DNA of 64,000 nucleotides. Source: Eledone cirrhosa (lineage: Eukaryota). Below, piece by piece: positions 26,501 to 40,850 of this stretch (the stretch's first letter is position 1; every line of letters begins with the position of its first letter). The notes below the pieces were generated by a model. The model saw only the letters and a list, made by a program, of their open reading frames with translations. It did no database searches and had not been told where the DNA came from. The stretch spans positions 263,438,001 to 263,502,000 of the forward strand of contig OZ024743.1 of assembly GCA_964016885.1 (NCBI GenBank), in the 5' to 3' direction. The translations under genes and the position numbers were made by a program.

Positions 26501-27015
26501 ATGTTTCTTTTTCCAGTTGATATATGTCTGTTCTGTATTCGATGTATTTGATGGGTAGTACATGGCAGTGTAGAAAGCCTCAAGGACTTCTTTATTATCT
26601 TCCCTTGACCATTTTTCTCTCTTTTTCTTTGTATTTCTTGGTGGTGAGCATGGAGGGCCAACAGTAGGAGTATTCCGGTTATGGGAGGTCTCCAGCTCCG
26701 AAGTGATGGGAAGGTTTGAACCATTAGCTGATTTTTCGACCCCAGTCTGGTTCCTCTCTGAGGGACGCGGCCCTTTTTTACCCGGGTGACGGCCGATCCG
26801 GTATGAGATTTTATCATTAGACATTTACTTTATTTTGTCGCGTTTTATCCTTATCCGCCAAGGGGTAATCATTTCGTGTTACCACTTCTAGAACGAGTGT
26901 CAACCAAGACTAGAGGGGTCGTTCTCCCCTAGAGACACGGCTATTCCCCGCCGGCCGCCATCTCGGTATTTCTTGGTCACGGGGGTTTTCTTTTTTGTTT
27001 TGTTTTTAATTGTTA
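23590..27015 (-). mobile_element. R4/Dong-like (R2 superfamily) non-LTR retrotransposon, frameshifted, 3'-truncated before the restriction-like endonuclease
   Basis: REKWSREDN N-terminus; QKGCKRGSYGCKDQL, WIDYKKAFDSLPHSW, GIFQGDSLSPLLF, HLFYMDDLKL, FGLDKC, YKYLG, EGGRGL, ETEGLIISAQDQ, CRVC..ETIDHIISMC..HD. Confidence 0.85.
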
Positions 27016-28063
27016 TTATCATGAGTGGTTCCTTAATGTGAGCATTGCGTGGCTTAAGAATGAAATTATTAATAATAATAATTGTCTCCACTCCAGGCAC
27101 AAGGCCAGCAATCATCCAGTGCATTACAATAATATAATATACTTTTTGCTGAAGTTGCCTGTTATTGTTGTTGGCTATGTCGGTGGTGGTGCTGGGGCTT
27201 TTTATATTGTTGGTGAGGAAGGGGGGAGCCAGCAGTGCCATAGTTGTTGACGTTTGGCCGGTGGCCAGGTCACTAAGTCAATCTATTTACATCTTTTGCT
27301 AGACTCTCCCTTGTCTAGTGATACCGCCACCTTCCCCTTTCTTAAGTTAACAGGGGAATAGTGGTGGTAGCAATGAAGGAGTGGTGGCGGCGGTGATGGG
27401 GTAGTGGTAGCAATGATGGATGGGGTGGTGGCGGCGGTGGCGTTGTCGTTACTGAGTTTTTTTTTGTTGATAGGTAGTATCTATGCGTTTGTGTCGCGTT
27501 TGTTTAATATCTGTGTTGAATAGACTAGTTTTGTTTGATCTGTAGTATCTATGCGTTTGTGCCGCGTATGTTTAATATATGCGTTGAGATATTCCCGTAA
27601 AATTGGAATCAAACATTTTGTTAAAACTTGAGACAATAATAATAGTAATTTTGACTATGATGCTGGGATTGGTGGTGGTGGTGAAATTGCCGTTATCTGG
27701 CTGTTATATTTAGTGTACACAGCGGGGTGATGGGGTAGGTGGTGTATCAAGTTTCTGGTGTTGGTGAAATTGCTGTTATTTGGCTGTTCTATATAGTGTA
27801 GACAGGGAGTTTTCTTCCATTTATAACCATTTTCTTTTTTGAATATAAAATATATAATACAAAATTGAATATTTGAGCGATATAACAATATATTATGGAT
27901 CCGAAATTTTATGAGACTTGATTCGGTGGTTTATACATTATTTGTACTAAGAATTGTTATTTCACAATTGATTTAAATATGTTAAAAATCAAAAACTTAC
28001 GGGAGCGATTTCATGACCTTCTACCACCTCGTGCGTCGTCGTCTTCTTCTTCTTCTTCTTCTT

Positions 28064-28094
<31 letters not shown>

Positions 28095-28809
28095 TTATTA
28101 TTATTATTGGCGACCTACGTAGTAAATCGTATCATCGTGAGCTCCGCAAAGGTTTGTTATTTCCGTTTGTTAAAAATTGTCATTTATGGAAAATTTTATT
28201 GTTAACTGTTTATAAGCGCACATACATTGTTTTCCGAAAAGGACACCCAAAAAGATTGGGGCCTTGTGCCCAAAATTTAAACTTTTATTATTATCAAAAA
28301 AATTTATTTGAAAAAAATGGCTAATTCACCTCTGCACGAAGCAGCTGAAAGCCTTCCTCACAAATTAACACCTCACACCGACACCACCATTGTAAATGTT
28401 ACTACGTTTGCCAACACAAAAAAAATATAAGCACTAGCAATATTTTAAATTTGTCTCAGGCAGACATTCATTTCCCGCCATTACCAATGACTGCAGGTGT
28501 TAAAGCCTCCACCACCACCACCACCGCGACAACCACCACCACCACCACCACCGCGACAACAGAAACAAAAGAAGAAAAAAATAAATTAACTCGTGATGTC
28601 GAAATGAAATCAAGCAAAATGGACTCTTCCCCACCAAAGACGACTGACGTCACCACAACCACAACTGAAACTAAAATTAATATTAACGATAGCAACAACA
28701 ACAACAACAACAATGACATTATAACCCCCCCCCCCTCAGTTTCGCCAGAGTAGCAAAACAGTTCGAAGCATTCACGGTAACTCAGGAGGATTTAGAAAAT
28801 GCCAAACAA

Positions 28810-30309
28810 ATGGTAAAGAAAGATGGGTACAGGGTCAGCCTCACCCCCCCACCTAATAAAATGGAGCATCGGCGCCTATGCACCGTGTCGTATAGAACAA
28901 TAAATGTAAAATCGCGCCGAGTCAAACGGGCATCCGAGTCCCAAATCCAAAAAGCTTTGGGACATGTGTGGGCAAGAAAAACCCACATCAGACGTGGGCA
29001 AAAGTATGGAACCGTGGACGTGTTCTTTGAAACACCAGAGGAGGCTAGAGAACACTCCATGGCCCCATTAAGAAGTGACGACTTCACACTCGTCCCAAGC
29101 TATTGTGGCCAGAGACTCGTAAAGATCAGGGTGACCCACGTTCCACCGGCCATCGAAATTCCCTGGCTAATAGCGGATGTCCTCGCCGGCATCGAAGCCA
29201 ACACGAAAATAATAGCAATAGCAAAAGAAAAGCAGGAGAACTGGTCCGGATCTGGGATGGAGCTCCTGATCCAAGCGGACCAAAAAAGCATTGAGGAGAT
29301 CCCAGAGGTAATAGACCTCACTGACGGCAGCCACCTCAAGGTAATTGTCGAGGGCAGAAGACCTAGGTGTGTCGTTTGTGGTGAAGGAACCCACCTAAGG
29401 GCTTTCTGCCCTCAGGCTAAAAGGTTGAGGCCACCTCTCCTACCCACCCCAGTGACACAACCATCAACACCACCAGTAGCAGAGATGGCAGCAACAACTG
29501 TAGCAGCAACAACAGAAGCAACTATAACAGCAACAACCCCAGCAACAGTAGCAAAACCAACACCACCACCACCACCAGCAGAACCAACACCACCACCACC
29601 CAACGCTTCAGAACTAGCACCAGCGCCTACACCATCCACCACGCCACAACCAAAACTAACGGCTGTGGAGGATTTTCCACTCCCCGGCCTATCACAACTG
29701 GAGACAGATTGTGACGACGAGGAGTGGGAAACGATATCCGTAAAAAATAAAAGAAACCAAGAAAGAAAAAATTCTCTTCCTTCCCCTTCCAAAAACAAAA
29801 TACAGAGGGAAACAAATAAATTAAGAAACATAAAAGTTAGGACAGATATGCCACCATCCACACCAGCATCACCAACCCCATCAACCCAAACACCAACACC
29901 ATCACCATCATTAACCCCAACACCACCATCACCTACACCACAAAAGTCACCAAAATGCGAAACAGAAACAAACCCACAACAAACGCAAACAAAACAAAAC
30001 AACCAAAACGATACACACTACACAGCATTAAATTTGAACAACAAGCAATTATTACACTACATCCAACACAACACCAGCATCACAGAAAAAGACTACACAA
30101 CAACCCCAAAATTCACACCACCTCCACACATACAAATCACTCGCATCACACAGAAAACGTACATGACACTAAAACAAAAATTCCCCAAAGACATCGGAGA
30201 CTTCCGACAAGCACTCTCCAGGAGGATTTATAAGGACATCCTTCCTGAGGAGGCCACAAGCAGTGAAAAGGATGGAAAAACCGTCCTTCCCCTACGAGAA
30301 GTAAGGTAA
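28810..30309 (+). CDS. Tx1-D ORF1 main open frame (nucleic-acid-binding protein with CCHC knuckle)
   Basis: 499 aa with EGRRPRCVVCGEGTHLRAFC. The upstream part from 28317 is disrupted. Confidence 0.75.
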   Translation: MVKKDGYRVSLTPPPNKMEHRRLCTVSYRTINVKSRRVKRASESQIQKALGHVWARKTHIRRGQKYGTVDVFFETPEEAREHSMAPLRSDDFTLVPSYCGQRLVKIRVTHVPPAIEIPWLIADVLAGIEANTKIIAIAKEKQENWSGSGMELLIQADQKSIEEIPEVIDLTDGSHLKVIVEGRRPRCVVCGEGTHLRAFCPQAKRLRPPLLPTPVTQPSTPPVAEMAATTVAATTEATITATTPATVAKPTPPPPPAEPTPPPPNASELAPAPTPSTTPQPKLTAVEDFPLPGLSQLETDCDDEEWETISVKNKRNQERKNSLPSPSKNKIQRETNKLRNIKVRTDMPPSTPASPTPSTQTPTPSPSLTPTPPSPTPQKSPKCETETNPQQTQTKQNNQNDTHYTALNLNNKQLLHYIQHNTSITEKDYTTTPKFTPPPHIQITRITQKTYMTLKQKFPKDIGDFRQALSRRIYKDILPEEATSSEKDGKTVLPLREVR

Positions 30310-30343
30310 GTGGTCTTTCCCATCTTTTCCACTCCTTTTCAAC

Positions 30344-33300
30344 ATGACCTCACTCAGAATAGGCAGCATAAATGCGCGTGGCTTGGGGTCGTCATGGAAG
30401 CAGGGCCACCTGCTCAACGACCTCAGGTCACTAAACATAGATGTAGTGGCCATCAGCGAGACCAGAATCTCCGAAGCACAGGCTTTCGAACCGATCTTCG
30501 GCGGCTACGATGTGTAAGCATCTCCCAGCCGTCCAGGATCGGGAGGAGGAGCTGCTGTGCTCTTTCGGAGAGGTTTGGATCTTACCATACGGGCCATCTT
30601 CCTGGACCCAGAAGGTAAGTTGGTGGTGCTGGACGTGACCAGCGGAGACGGCCAAGCTTTCAGGTTAGTGGCCGTCTATGCCCCGACAGGAGCAGGGCGG
30701 CCTGATTTCTTCCAGCGTCTGGAGACCTTTCTTGGAACGTCCCGCTCTTTAGTGTTAGTGGGCGACTGGAACGGGATCTTAGATGCACGCTGGGATTGTG
30801 TGGGATTAGTGGATAGGGAAGGAGGGTGCAAGAGTCTCACCAACCTGCTCAGACGTTTTGAACTGTCTTACAGGTACCGAATGGATTTCCCGAATGTACC
30901 AATGTGGACTTGGACAAATCGCATAGGGTCATCCAGATCATATCTAGATAGAGTATTTTGTAGGGAAATAGATAGGTCTAGCATAGGCTGTCCACAATTC
31001 AAGATAGTCAGCTACACGGACCACAAATTCGGGATCTGTGTGCTTGACTTAGATAGGCTTCATAGACGAGGACCCGGCTACTGGAAGCTAAACGCGTCCT
31101 TACCAGCGCGCAAGGCCTACAGAGACAGGATTAGCGAACTAGTTAAGCGGGCGTTGACGGGGGTCATCGTCAACAACAAGTGGTGGTTTGCTCTGAAAAG
31201 AGCAATTAGAATAGAGTCCATTAGGTTTAGTAAGACTTTAGCAATAGAGAAAAATAGAGCAGAGGGAGAATTAGTTAGAAAATTAGATGAGGCGCTTAGC
31301 AAAGGCATCGCGACCGACGTACTTGCGGCGAAATTGGCCCTTGACCAATTCTTCAATGCAAAGCACGAAGGCTGCGTTGTCAGAGCTAGGGTGCGTGCTC
31401 TCAGACACGAGGGGACGAAAGCCGTTCAATGGGCCCGAGTGGCGGAGGCGCGACGTGGCAACAAAGCCACGATCCGGTCTTTGGTGGACCACGAGGGGCG
31501 CATGCTACTCGATCCCGGGCAAATGTGTGAAGCTTTTCAGCGACACTTCGCTCAACTGTTCGGGGGCAGTGGCGGGCCGGATCGAGGGATGGACTTTAGT
31601 GTCTACCTCGACGGACTGCCGCGGCTTTCGGCCACTGAGGCGGAGTGTTGCGAAAAGCCGATAACAACCGCTGAAGTACGGGATGCAATGACTAGTTGCA
31701 CAAGGGGTAAATCGCCTGGTTTGGATGGTCTGCCCTATGAACTTTACGTACAAATGCCAAACTTGTTCGGAGGCCTCTTGGCGGACGTCTACTGCAACTG
31801 GCAACAGAACGGGAGAATTCCCAGCTCTGTGAGCCGAGGAGCGGTGGCGCTGCTGAGAAAGGATCCGAACAAGGGGGATAACATAGATAATTTTAGGCCC
31901 ATAACGCTGCTAAACACAGAGTTCAAGATTTTGGCCAAGGTGCTAGCAAAGAGGTTGGCGCTTGTCGTTGGTGGTCTGGTGGGAGAGGCACAGACATGCG
32001 CCATTCCCGACAGATCCATTCACGACAACCTCCACCTCATGCGATACATCGTAGAGAGGGTAGCTAGGGAACCTGGCACGGGTGGGTCTTTGATCAATTT
32101 AGATCAGTCGAAAGCCTTCGATAGGGTCGACCATCGTTACCTAGCGGCAGTCCTGAGGGCGGCTGGCTTTGGGCTCGTCTTCAGAGGCTGGATCGCTGCC
32201 ATGCACAGCGACATCTGCTCTGTAGTGAGAGTGAACGGTCACCTTTCGGAACCGTTCAACATCATGCGCTCGGTCCGCCAAGGATGTCCCCTCTCGTCCC
32301 TATTGTACGTATTGATTCTCGAGCCATTACTGCACAAACTGGAGACGTTGATGGGGGTCCCGCGCGAACTAGGATGCGGAAGATCCGTGTCAGCATATGC
32401 GGACGATGTCACCGTAGTGGTGTCGAACGCCAAACACATCGAGGCGATCGGCACTACACTAAGAGAATACGAAGCGGTGACAGGAGCAATGATCAACCAG
32501 GAAAAGTCAGTGGGCCTGCAGCTCGGCATCTGGAGAGGCAGGTCCATGCCGTCCAACAGCGTCGTCGGGCGCTGGACGGACGGACCGGTTAAATTGCTAG
32601 GGGTCTGGTTCGGTCCAGACCTCCAGACGGACAAAAACTGGGACGAGGTGACGAGCAGGGTGGCTTCTCTCATCCAGAAATGGGCGGAGAGGAAGCTATC
32701 CCTGAAAGGTCGAGCGGAGGTGGCTAACGCGTACATCGCGTCCGTCATCTACTACCGCCTGACCGTCGTACCTTGTCCTAAGCCCCGCCTGACTGCGCTG
32801 GAGCGTTTGCTCTTTCGCTTCTTGTGGAAGGGACGCGCTCCGATGGTCAGGCGGTCCATCTGCTGTCAACACCCGCTACGTGGAGGGCTGGGCATGCCGT
32901 GGCTGATGATGCGCAGACACGCGCTCAGGCTACGACATCTCCACCTCTTCCTCGACGGTGATCAGGTGTGGTCGCCGTTTGCTAGACACGTTTTTCCCCA
33001 GCTCGTCTCCTTGACGGAGCTGCAGTCCTGGGTCAAGCGAAGACCGAGAGGGAGCGCTTGGAGACTGGAATGTCTTCAGGCGCTCACAGCCCTCGACCAA
33101 TCGGGCAATGTGATCGGTGGAAACTCCACCTTGGCGTTCTATAGGGGATTAGTGGAGGGGAAGAGCGACGACGTACTTGGAGAAACTCTAGGCGTCGACG
33201 AAAATCAACTAGCCAATCTCTTCGGAAGGACTTTCAGGCCGGGGCCTATGGACAACTTCCAGAAATCCCTGGCCTGGCAGTGCTACCGGGGTGCTTTGCC

Positions 33301-33763
33301 AGTTCGGGATAAACTTTACAGGCATGGAGGTGCCGTCAGCCGGGCATGTCCGAGATGCGCACAGGGCGACGAAACCGTCCTGCACGCACTCGTCCAGTGT
33401 CCGAGCATTGCTGACTTGTGGGTTTATGTCGAACACCTGCTGTCACGTGTAGGACGGATCCAGCTATCAGCTGAGTCCATTGTGAGGATTGCCCCGCCCT
33501 CTTCCTTTAGCCGGGAAGGGCAGGCAGTTTTTATCTGTCCGGTGGCCATGGCGAAAGAGATAGTATGGTGGACACGTTTGAAAGGGCTGAAGACGAGCAC
33601 TTACCTCTTCGGTGATGCCCTGATTAACTTTTTCAAATTTCATCTGAAAAGGAAAATCAGGGTAGAGAGGGAAGTGCTCTCTTCCCAGCATTTTGTTGAA
33701 AGATGGGTGAGAGAAGCAAGTATGGCCCGAATGAATGGGCCTTCTCTGAGTATGTGCCTGTAA
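30344..33763 (+). pseudogene. Tx1-D ORF2: APE + RT + CCHC; one in-frame TAA at 30515-30517
   Basis: ATG 30344 is in frame with the 1068-aa ORF 30557-33763. The TAA aligns with a TAC (Tyr) in copy C. Confidence 0.95.
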
Positions 33764-34299
33764 ATTAAAGGTGGAAAACTGGGAGAGGGCACTTGCCCTG
33801 GTGGTCAGGGCCACTGTGGTCTTTTAATGGGCTTTCTCCACAAATGTCCCTCGGAAGTCTCCCCCCTATTGGGGAATTTTTCTTTGTTATTTTATTTCAT
33901 CCTCTGTTTTTTTTACACGCAGAAATGCCCATTTGTACCGTCCTGTATTGTCCTGTACTGTCCTTAATGTCTACTTTATGTAAACCCTTGTGGTTAATAA
34001 AGAAAACATTATTATTATTATTATTATTGTTGTTATTCCTTGAATCTCAGTCATTGATGTTGGTTAACTGGAAAGTCCGTTGGAATGAATATCAAGCCAC
34101 TACCTGCAGCCTCAGATATTCAGGACGTATCGGAGGGTTCTTGCTGTTCCCAGCATTATTATTATTATTATTATTATTATTGTTACTATTATTATTACTT
34201 TTTATTTTAATTTTAATTTTTATTTTCGCCAATTCAGTGATGTTCCAAAACAATATAAAAAAGATAATTGATAATAAGGATTCTGGAATAAAAGAGATA

Positions 34300-37200
34300 A
34301 TTGGAAATAAGGGCAGGGACCCCAGGTTATCACAGCCTCGGCCCGCTTGTCATCGTGCCACTGTAATAGAGCCAATCATGGCATTTTGTCTTGGCTGCTG
34401 GAACGTACGGACGCTGCTTGACGGATCCCTTGGAACGTCCTGAACGAAGGATCGCTCTTGTTGCAAAGGATCTTCGACGTTACGATCTTAAGATCGTAGC
34501 TTTATCTGAGACGAGGTTAGCTGGAGATGGTCATCTTACAGAATTTTGTGGAGAATATACATTCTTCTAGAAAGGAAGAGGCTGGGGTAGCATTTGCTGT
34601 TAAGACTGTTCTTGTGAATTAGAAGAATTCCTAGTAGGGATTAGTGAGCGTCTTATGTCCATGAGAATTCTGCTGGACAAAGGAAGATATGCGACCCTGG
34701 TGAGTGTGTATGCTCCAGCTATGAATTCTGTCGATGAAGAAAAAGTGTCCTTTTACCAGGCCTTGAAAGGTGTTTTAAGAAATACCCCCCAGGAGACAAA
34801 GTCATCGTGCTTGGTGACTTTAAATCTAGAGTGGGTAGGGATTTTAACACATGGAATGTAATCGGAAGGCATGGGGTGGGAAAGTGTAACAACAATGGTA
34901 TGCTCCTGCTGCAGATGTGTGAGGAGCTGGATCTGTGTGTTACCAACACCATGTTCCAACAAAAGAACAAATTTAAGACTACATGGATGCATCCTGCATC
35001 TAAGGTATGGCATCTTTTGGACAACGTCCTTGTCAGGATGCGTGACAGACGGGATGTGCAGTGTGTTCATGATCTTCGTGGAGCTGAGTGCTGGACGGAC
35101 CACCGCCAGGTATGTGCAAAAGTGAAACTAAACACTAAACGTAAAATCCGGGCTCCTGGTGTTGCCCTGCCCAGAAGATTTAATGCTGCTCGTCTTAGGG
35201 ATAAAAATGTGAAGAGGACATTGCGAGAAGAGATGCAGGTTGCAGATCTTGGTGAGGATTGGCCGACCCTTAAAAAGTCGGTTTATGATGTAGGCAGGCG
35301 TGTTCTGAGATTGGTGCAGAGAAAACATCAAGACTGGTTTAATGAGAATGATGAACATATAGAAGATTCGTTGGCTGATATGAGGCGTGCTCTGTCACGC
35401 TACTTGACGGCAAAACCACAGGAGAAGAATATGTTGCATAAGGAACTCAAGGATGTGAAATCACGTGTTAGGCGGAGTCTTTCTCAGATGAAGGATCAGT
35501 GGTGGAATGAGAAGGCTGATGAGATACAAACTGCGTCAGATTCCAATAACACAAAGCTGTTGTACAGTCTCTTGCGTGAAGTTTATGGACCGTCTTCTTC
35601 TCCGGTGACACCGCTTCGCAGCAAGGATGGCAAAGAACTTCTTCGTGACTCACAAGGAATTCTACGAAGGTAGCGAGAGCACTTTCATGAGCTTTTGAAT
35701 CAGCCGTCTGTCGTCAATGAAGATTTCCTCAATCTCATTCCAGAAAGTCCTGTGAAAGTAGCTCTCGCAGAACCACCGACGCTTGTGGAGGTTGCAGTGG
35801 CTATCTCGAAGCTGAACAGTGGAAGGTCTCCAGGTATGGATGGCATAGATGCAGAGCTCCTACAATATGGTGGTGAAAGACTCCTGGAATATCTTCACTC
35901 TTTGTTTGGCAGGATATGGGCTAATGAATCCGTACCTGAGGACTGGAGAGATGCAGTAATGGTGGTCTTGTACAAGGGAAAGGGTAACAGGAATGATTGT
36001 GGGAACTACAGAGGTATATCATTGCTTTCTGTCGTAGGGAAAGTTTTATGTAGGGTGCTTCTGGACCGTCTGCTGACACACATTTCAGATTGTGTTCTTC
36101 CTGAAAGTCAATCTGGTTTTCGTACTGGACGCGAGCACTACTGATATGATCTTCTCAGCTAGACAGCTCCAGGAGAAGTTCATGGAACAAGGTTAGGATC
36201 TGTATCAGGTTTTTGTCGATCTGACAAAAGCTTTCGATACTGTTAACAGAAATGCATTATGGAAAGTTCTCCAGAAAATTGGTTGCCCTGATAAGTTCCT
36301 TGCTGTAGGTAGGTCTTTCCATGACGATATGAAGGCTTGGGTTAATGTCGGAGGTAACATGTCGGAGCCCATCTCAGTAAAAAATGGAGTGAAACGGGGA
36401 TATTCCAGCACCAACCCTGTTTGCCATATACTTTGCAATGGTTTTTTTATATTGCATTCAGGAATTGCGAGGATGGTGTTTACATCCGATATCGAACCTC
36501 AGGCAGCATATTTAACATCAGGCGCTTTGCTGCAAAAACAAAAGTATTTACATCAATCATAAGAGACCTCTTGTATGCAGATGATTGCGATCTTGTAGCG
36601 CACACAGAGAGTGATATGCAGCACATTTTGAATGCATTTTCTGATGTTTGCACTTCCCTAGGATTGACTGTCAGTCTCAAAAATACCGTCGTCATGTACC
36701 AAGCTGCCCCTGGTAAGCAGTACAGTGAACCAAATATCTATGTGTATGGTAAACGACTTGGAGTGGTGGATCAGTTTATCTACCTGGGAAGCACTGTCAA
36801 TCGATACAGCAACCTTGATAATGAAATCCCACTCAGGATTAGAAAAGCAAGTGATGCTTTCGACTCTGGGGTCGGCGAGACAGATGCAAGAAGACAAAGG
36901 TAAAGGTGTACAAGGCATGTGTGTCTCTTCTCTTCTTTATGCCTGCGAGACCTGGGTCACATATCAACACCACCTTAAGAAATTGGAGCGTTTCCATCAG
37001 ATATGTCTCAGATGGATCCATGGCGTTCACTGGAGGGACCACATCAGTGATGTCGAGATTTTGGAAAGCTCTCTGTGTGACAGTATAGAAGCTCTTGTGC
37101 TTAAGCAACGACTCCGTTGGAGTGGTCACCTTGCCAGGATGAAGGATTCTAGAATACCAAAACAACTCTTATATGGAGAGTTAGTTAAAGGAAAATGACC

Positions 37201-37935
37201 GCCACATAAACCAAAAAAGCGGTATATGGATTCCTTGAAAGCCTCTTTGAAAGACACTAACATCTCTGCTGATACATGGGAAAATGTAATAAATGGAGAA
37301 AGACTGTATATGAGGGGAAAGTTGCCTTTGAGGCATCTCGAATCGTATACGAGAAAGTAAAGCGGGATGTGAGTAAGCGCATTGCTGTTGCATTTCCAGA
37401 CGGCGAAGGTCCTCCTTTTGCGCTGACATGCAGCGTCTGTGCGAGACTCTGCCTAAGCAAAACTGGACTCGAAAGTCATCTTCGCAGTCATAAAGTAAGA
37501 CCAGTGGTTGACTACCAGGCTGCTGTTGGAGACGCTACTCATCATGCTTGCCAAGCATGTGGTAGAGAATGTAAATCAACAGGAGGGCTGAAACGACATG
37601 CAAAAGTACATGAACTCCAACCACAGCCGGCTATTCCCAGTAAATGTTTTGGTTGACAACTCTGTGCAAGACATATTAGATCATTGGCTGGGCTAAAAAG
37701 CCACATTCGATCGCAGCGCTGTTAATTGCTATCGTGTGTGTGTGTATGTGTGTGTGTGTGTATGTGTGTGTGTGTAGATATGTTTATGTGTGTGCGCGTG
37801 TGTGTATATATGTATATTATCATTGTTGTTTTATTACTATTATTTTTGTTATTATTATGTTTTTTTTCTCGTGCAATGGCCATAATCGATAACGAGGGGG
37901 CAGCCATCATGTATGTATGCATGTATGTATGTATG
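34300..37935 (+). mobile_element. RTE-clade (BovB-like) LINE, near full length, many stops and frameshifts
   Basis: WNVRTLLD, SVYAP, LGDF, TTWMHP..WHLLD, CWTDH, NYRGISLLS, LPESQSGFR, LLYADD, RLRWSGH..RM..RIPKQLLYGEL, C2H2 fingers, (TATG)n tail. Confidence 0.9.
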
Positions 37936-38196
37936 TCGGTTCACTCTTGAGTGCTACTGGTAACATGTAACCGAGTACAACCTGTCGCATATTTGGGTCG
38001 TCGGCGACTAAACCGGCAACCCGACCAAGTTTATTTGGTGAGGAGGGTGATTTTGGACATCCTGCAGGACAAAAATCAAAACCTGACAAAGAACGGAAGA
38101 ACTCATAAGAGTCAACAGCTATCCAAAAGTGTGTAAATATGTATATACGCATGTATATGTATATGTGTATATACATGGGTGCATGTGTATGTATAT

Positions 38197-38560
38197 GCGC
38201 GGGGACATAGAAATAGTCGGGCTGGACACCCGATCGCCCGGTTAAACCACTGGGAGTGAAGGACCCTTAGCCATTGTCAGGGCATTCTTCTAGAAGGCAA
38301 CTCAGGAAATTGGGGTAACTCCGATATGAAACCTGCGGCTCAGTACTTACCGATGATGTTGATCTTTTCTTCTTTTCGGGTTATACCTACTGTCGCTCAG
38401 AGAGTGGGATTGGCTCAGTGCACAGTCTTTCCTCACTTTAAAAAATATCTTCACACACAGGCATAGCACGATAGAATTAATTAATAATTATCAATAATGG
38501 TATATCATGCAATGGCCATACTCGATAGCGAGGGGGCAGCCAACATCATGTATGTATGTA
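38197..38560 (+). mobile_element. Non-autonomous element sharing the RTE 3' tail
   Basis: The body matches 8495-8770. The end tgcaatggccatactcgatagcgagggggcagcc..catgtatg matches the RTE 3' end at 37872-37915. Confidence 0.75.
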
Positions 38561-38899
38561 AGTATGCATGTATGTATGAATGTATTTTCTTTTTACCTGG
38601 GAGTGAAAGGCCCCCAGCTGTTGTCACAACAGCTTTCTAGGAAACCCTGAAAGAAAAAAAGACTCGCGGCTTCGGAAGCATCTGATGATGTTGACCTTTT
38701 CGGGTAATATTTTCGATGCACAGAGAGTGGGATTGGTCGAGTGCAAGACCTTTCCCCACTTAAAAAAACATCCAAAACACAGCCATTGCTTGTTCAAGAT
38801 ATGTTTCACTTTCGTGTGGCTGGCTGGAACATAAAAGTGCACCAAAGTCTTTAATCTGACACGCGATTGCAATACTCTTTGTAGAGTTTGCAGCCATCA

Positions 38900-40850
<1,951 letters not shown>

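Larger units (their letters stand above)
28109..34007 (+). mobile_element. L1/Tx1-clade LINE copy D, full length, flanked by (ATT)n
   Basis: 5'UTR, ORF1 (ATG 28317, broken 5' part), ORF2, and a 3'UTR ending ggttAATAAAgaaaac. Confidence 0.93.

Noticed and set aside
9388-30002. Hydrophobic V/L/C-rich ORFs antisense to Tx1 ORF1 regions, resembling membrane proteins
   Set aside because: They are shadow frames of (AAC)/(ACC)-rich sense sequence and are not conserved between copies.
37653-37656. TGA at the first Cys of the third RTE zinc finger, as possible Sec
   Set aside because: The element has many other stops and frameshifts; a simple TGY to TGA mutation suffices.
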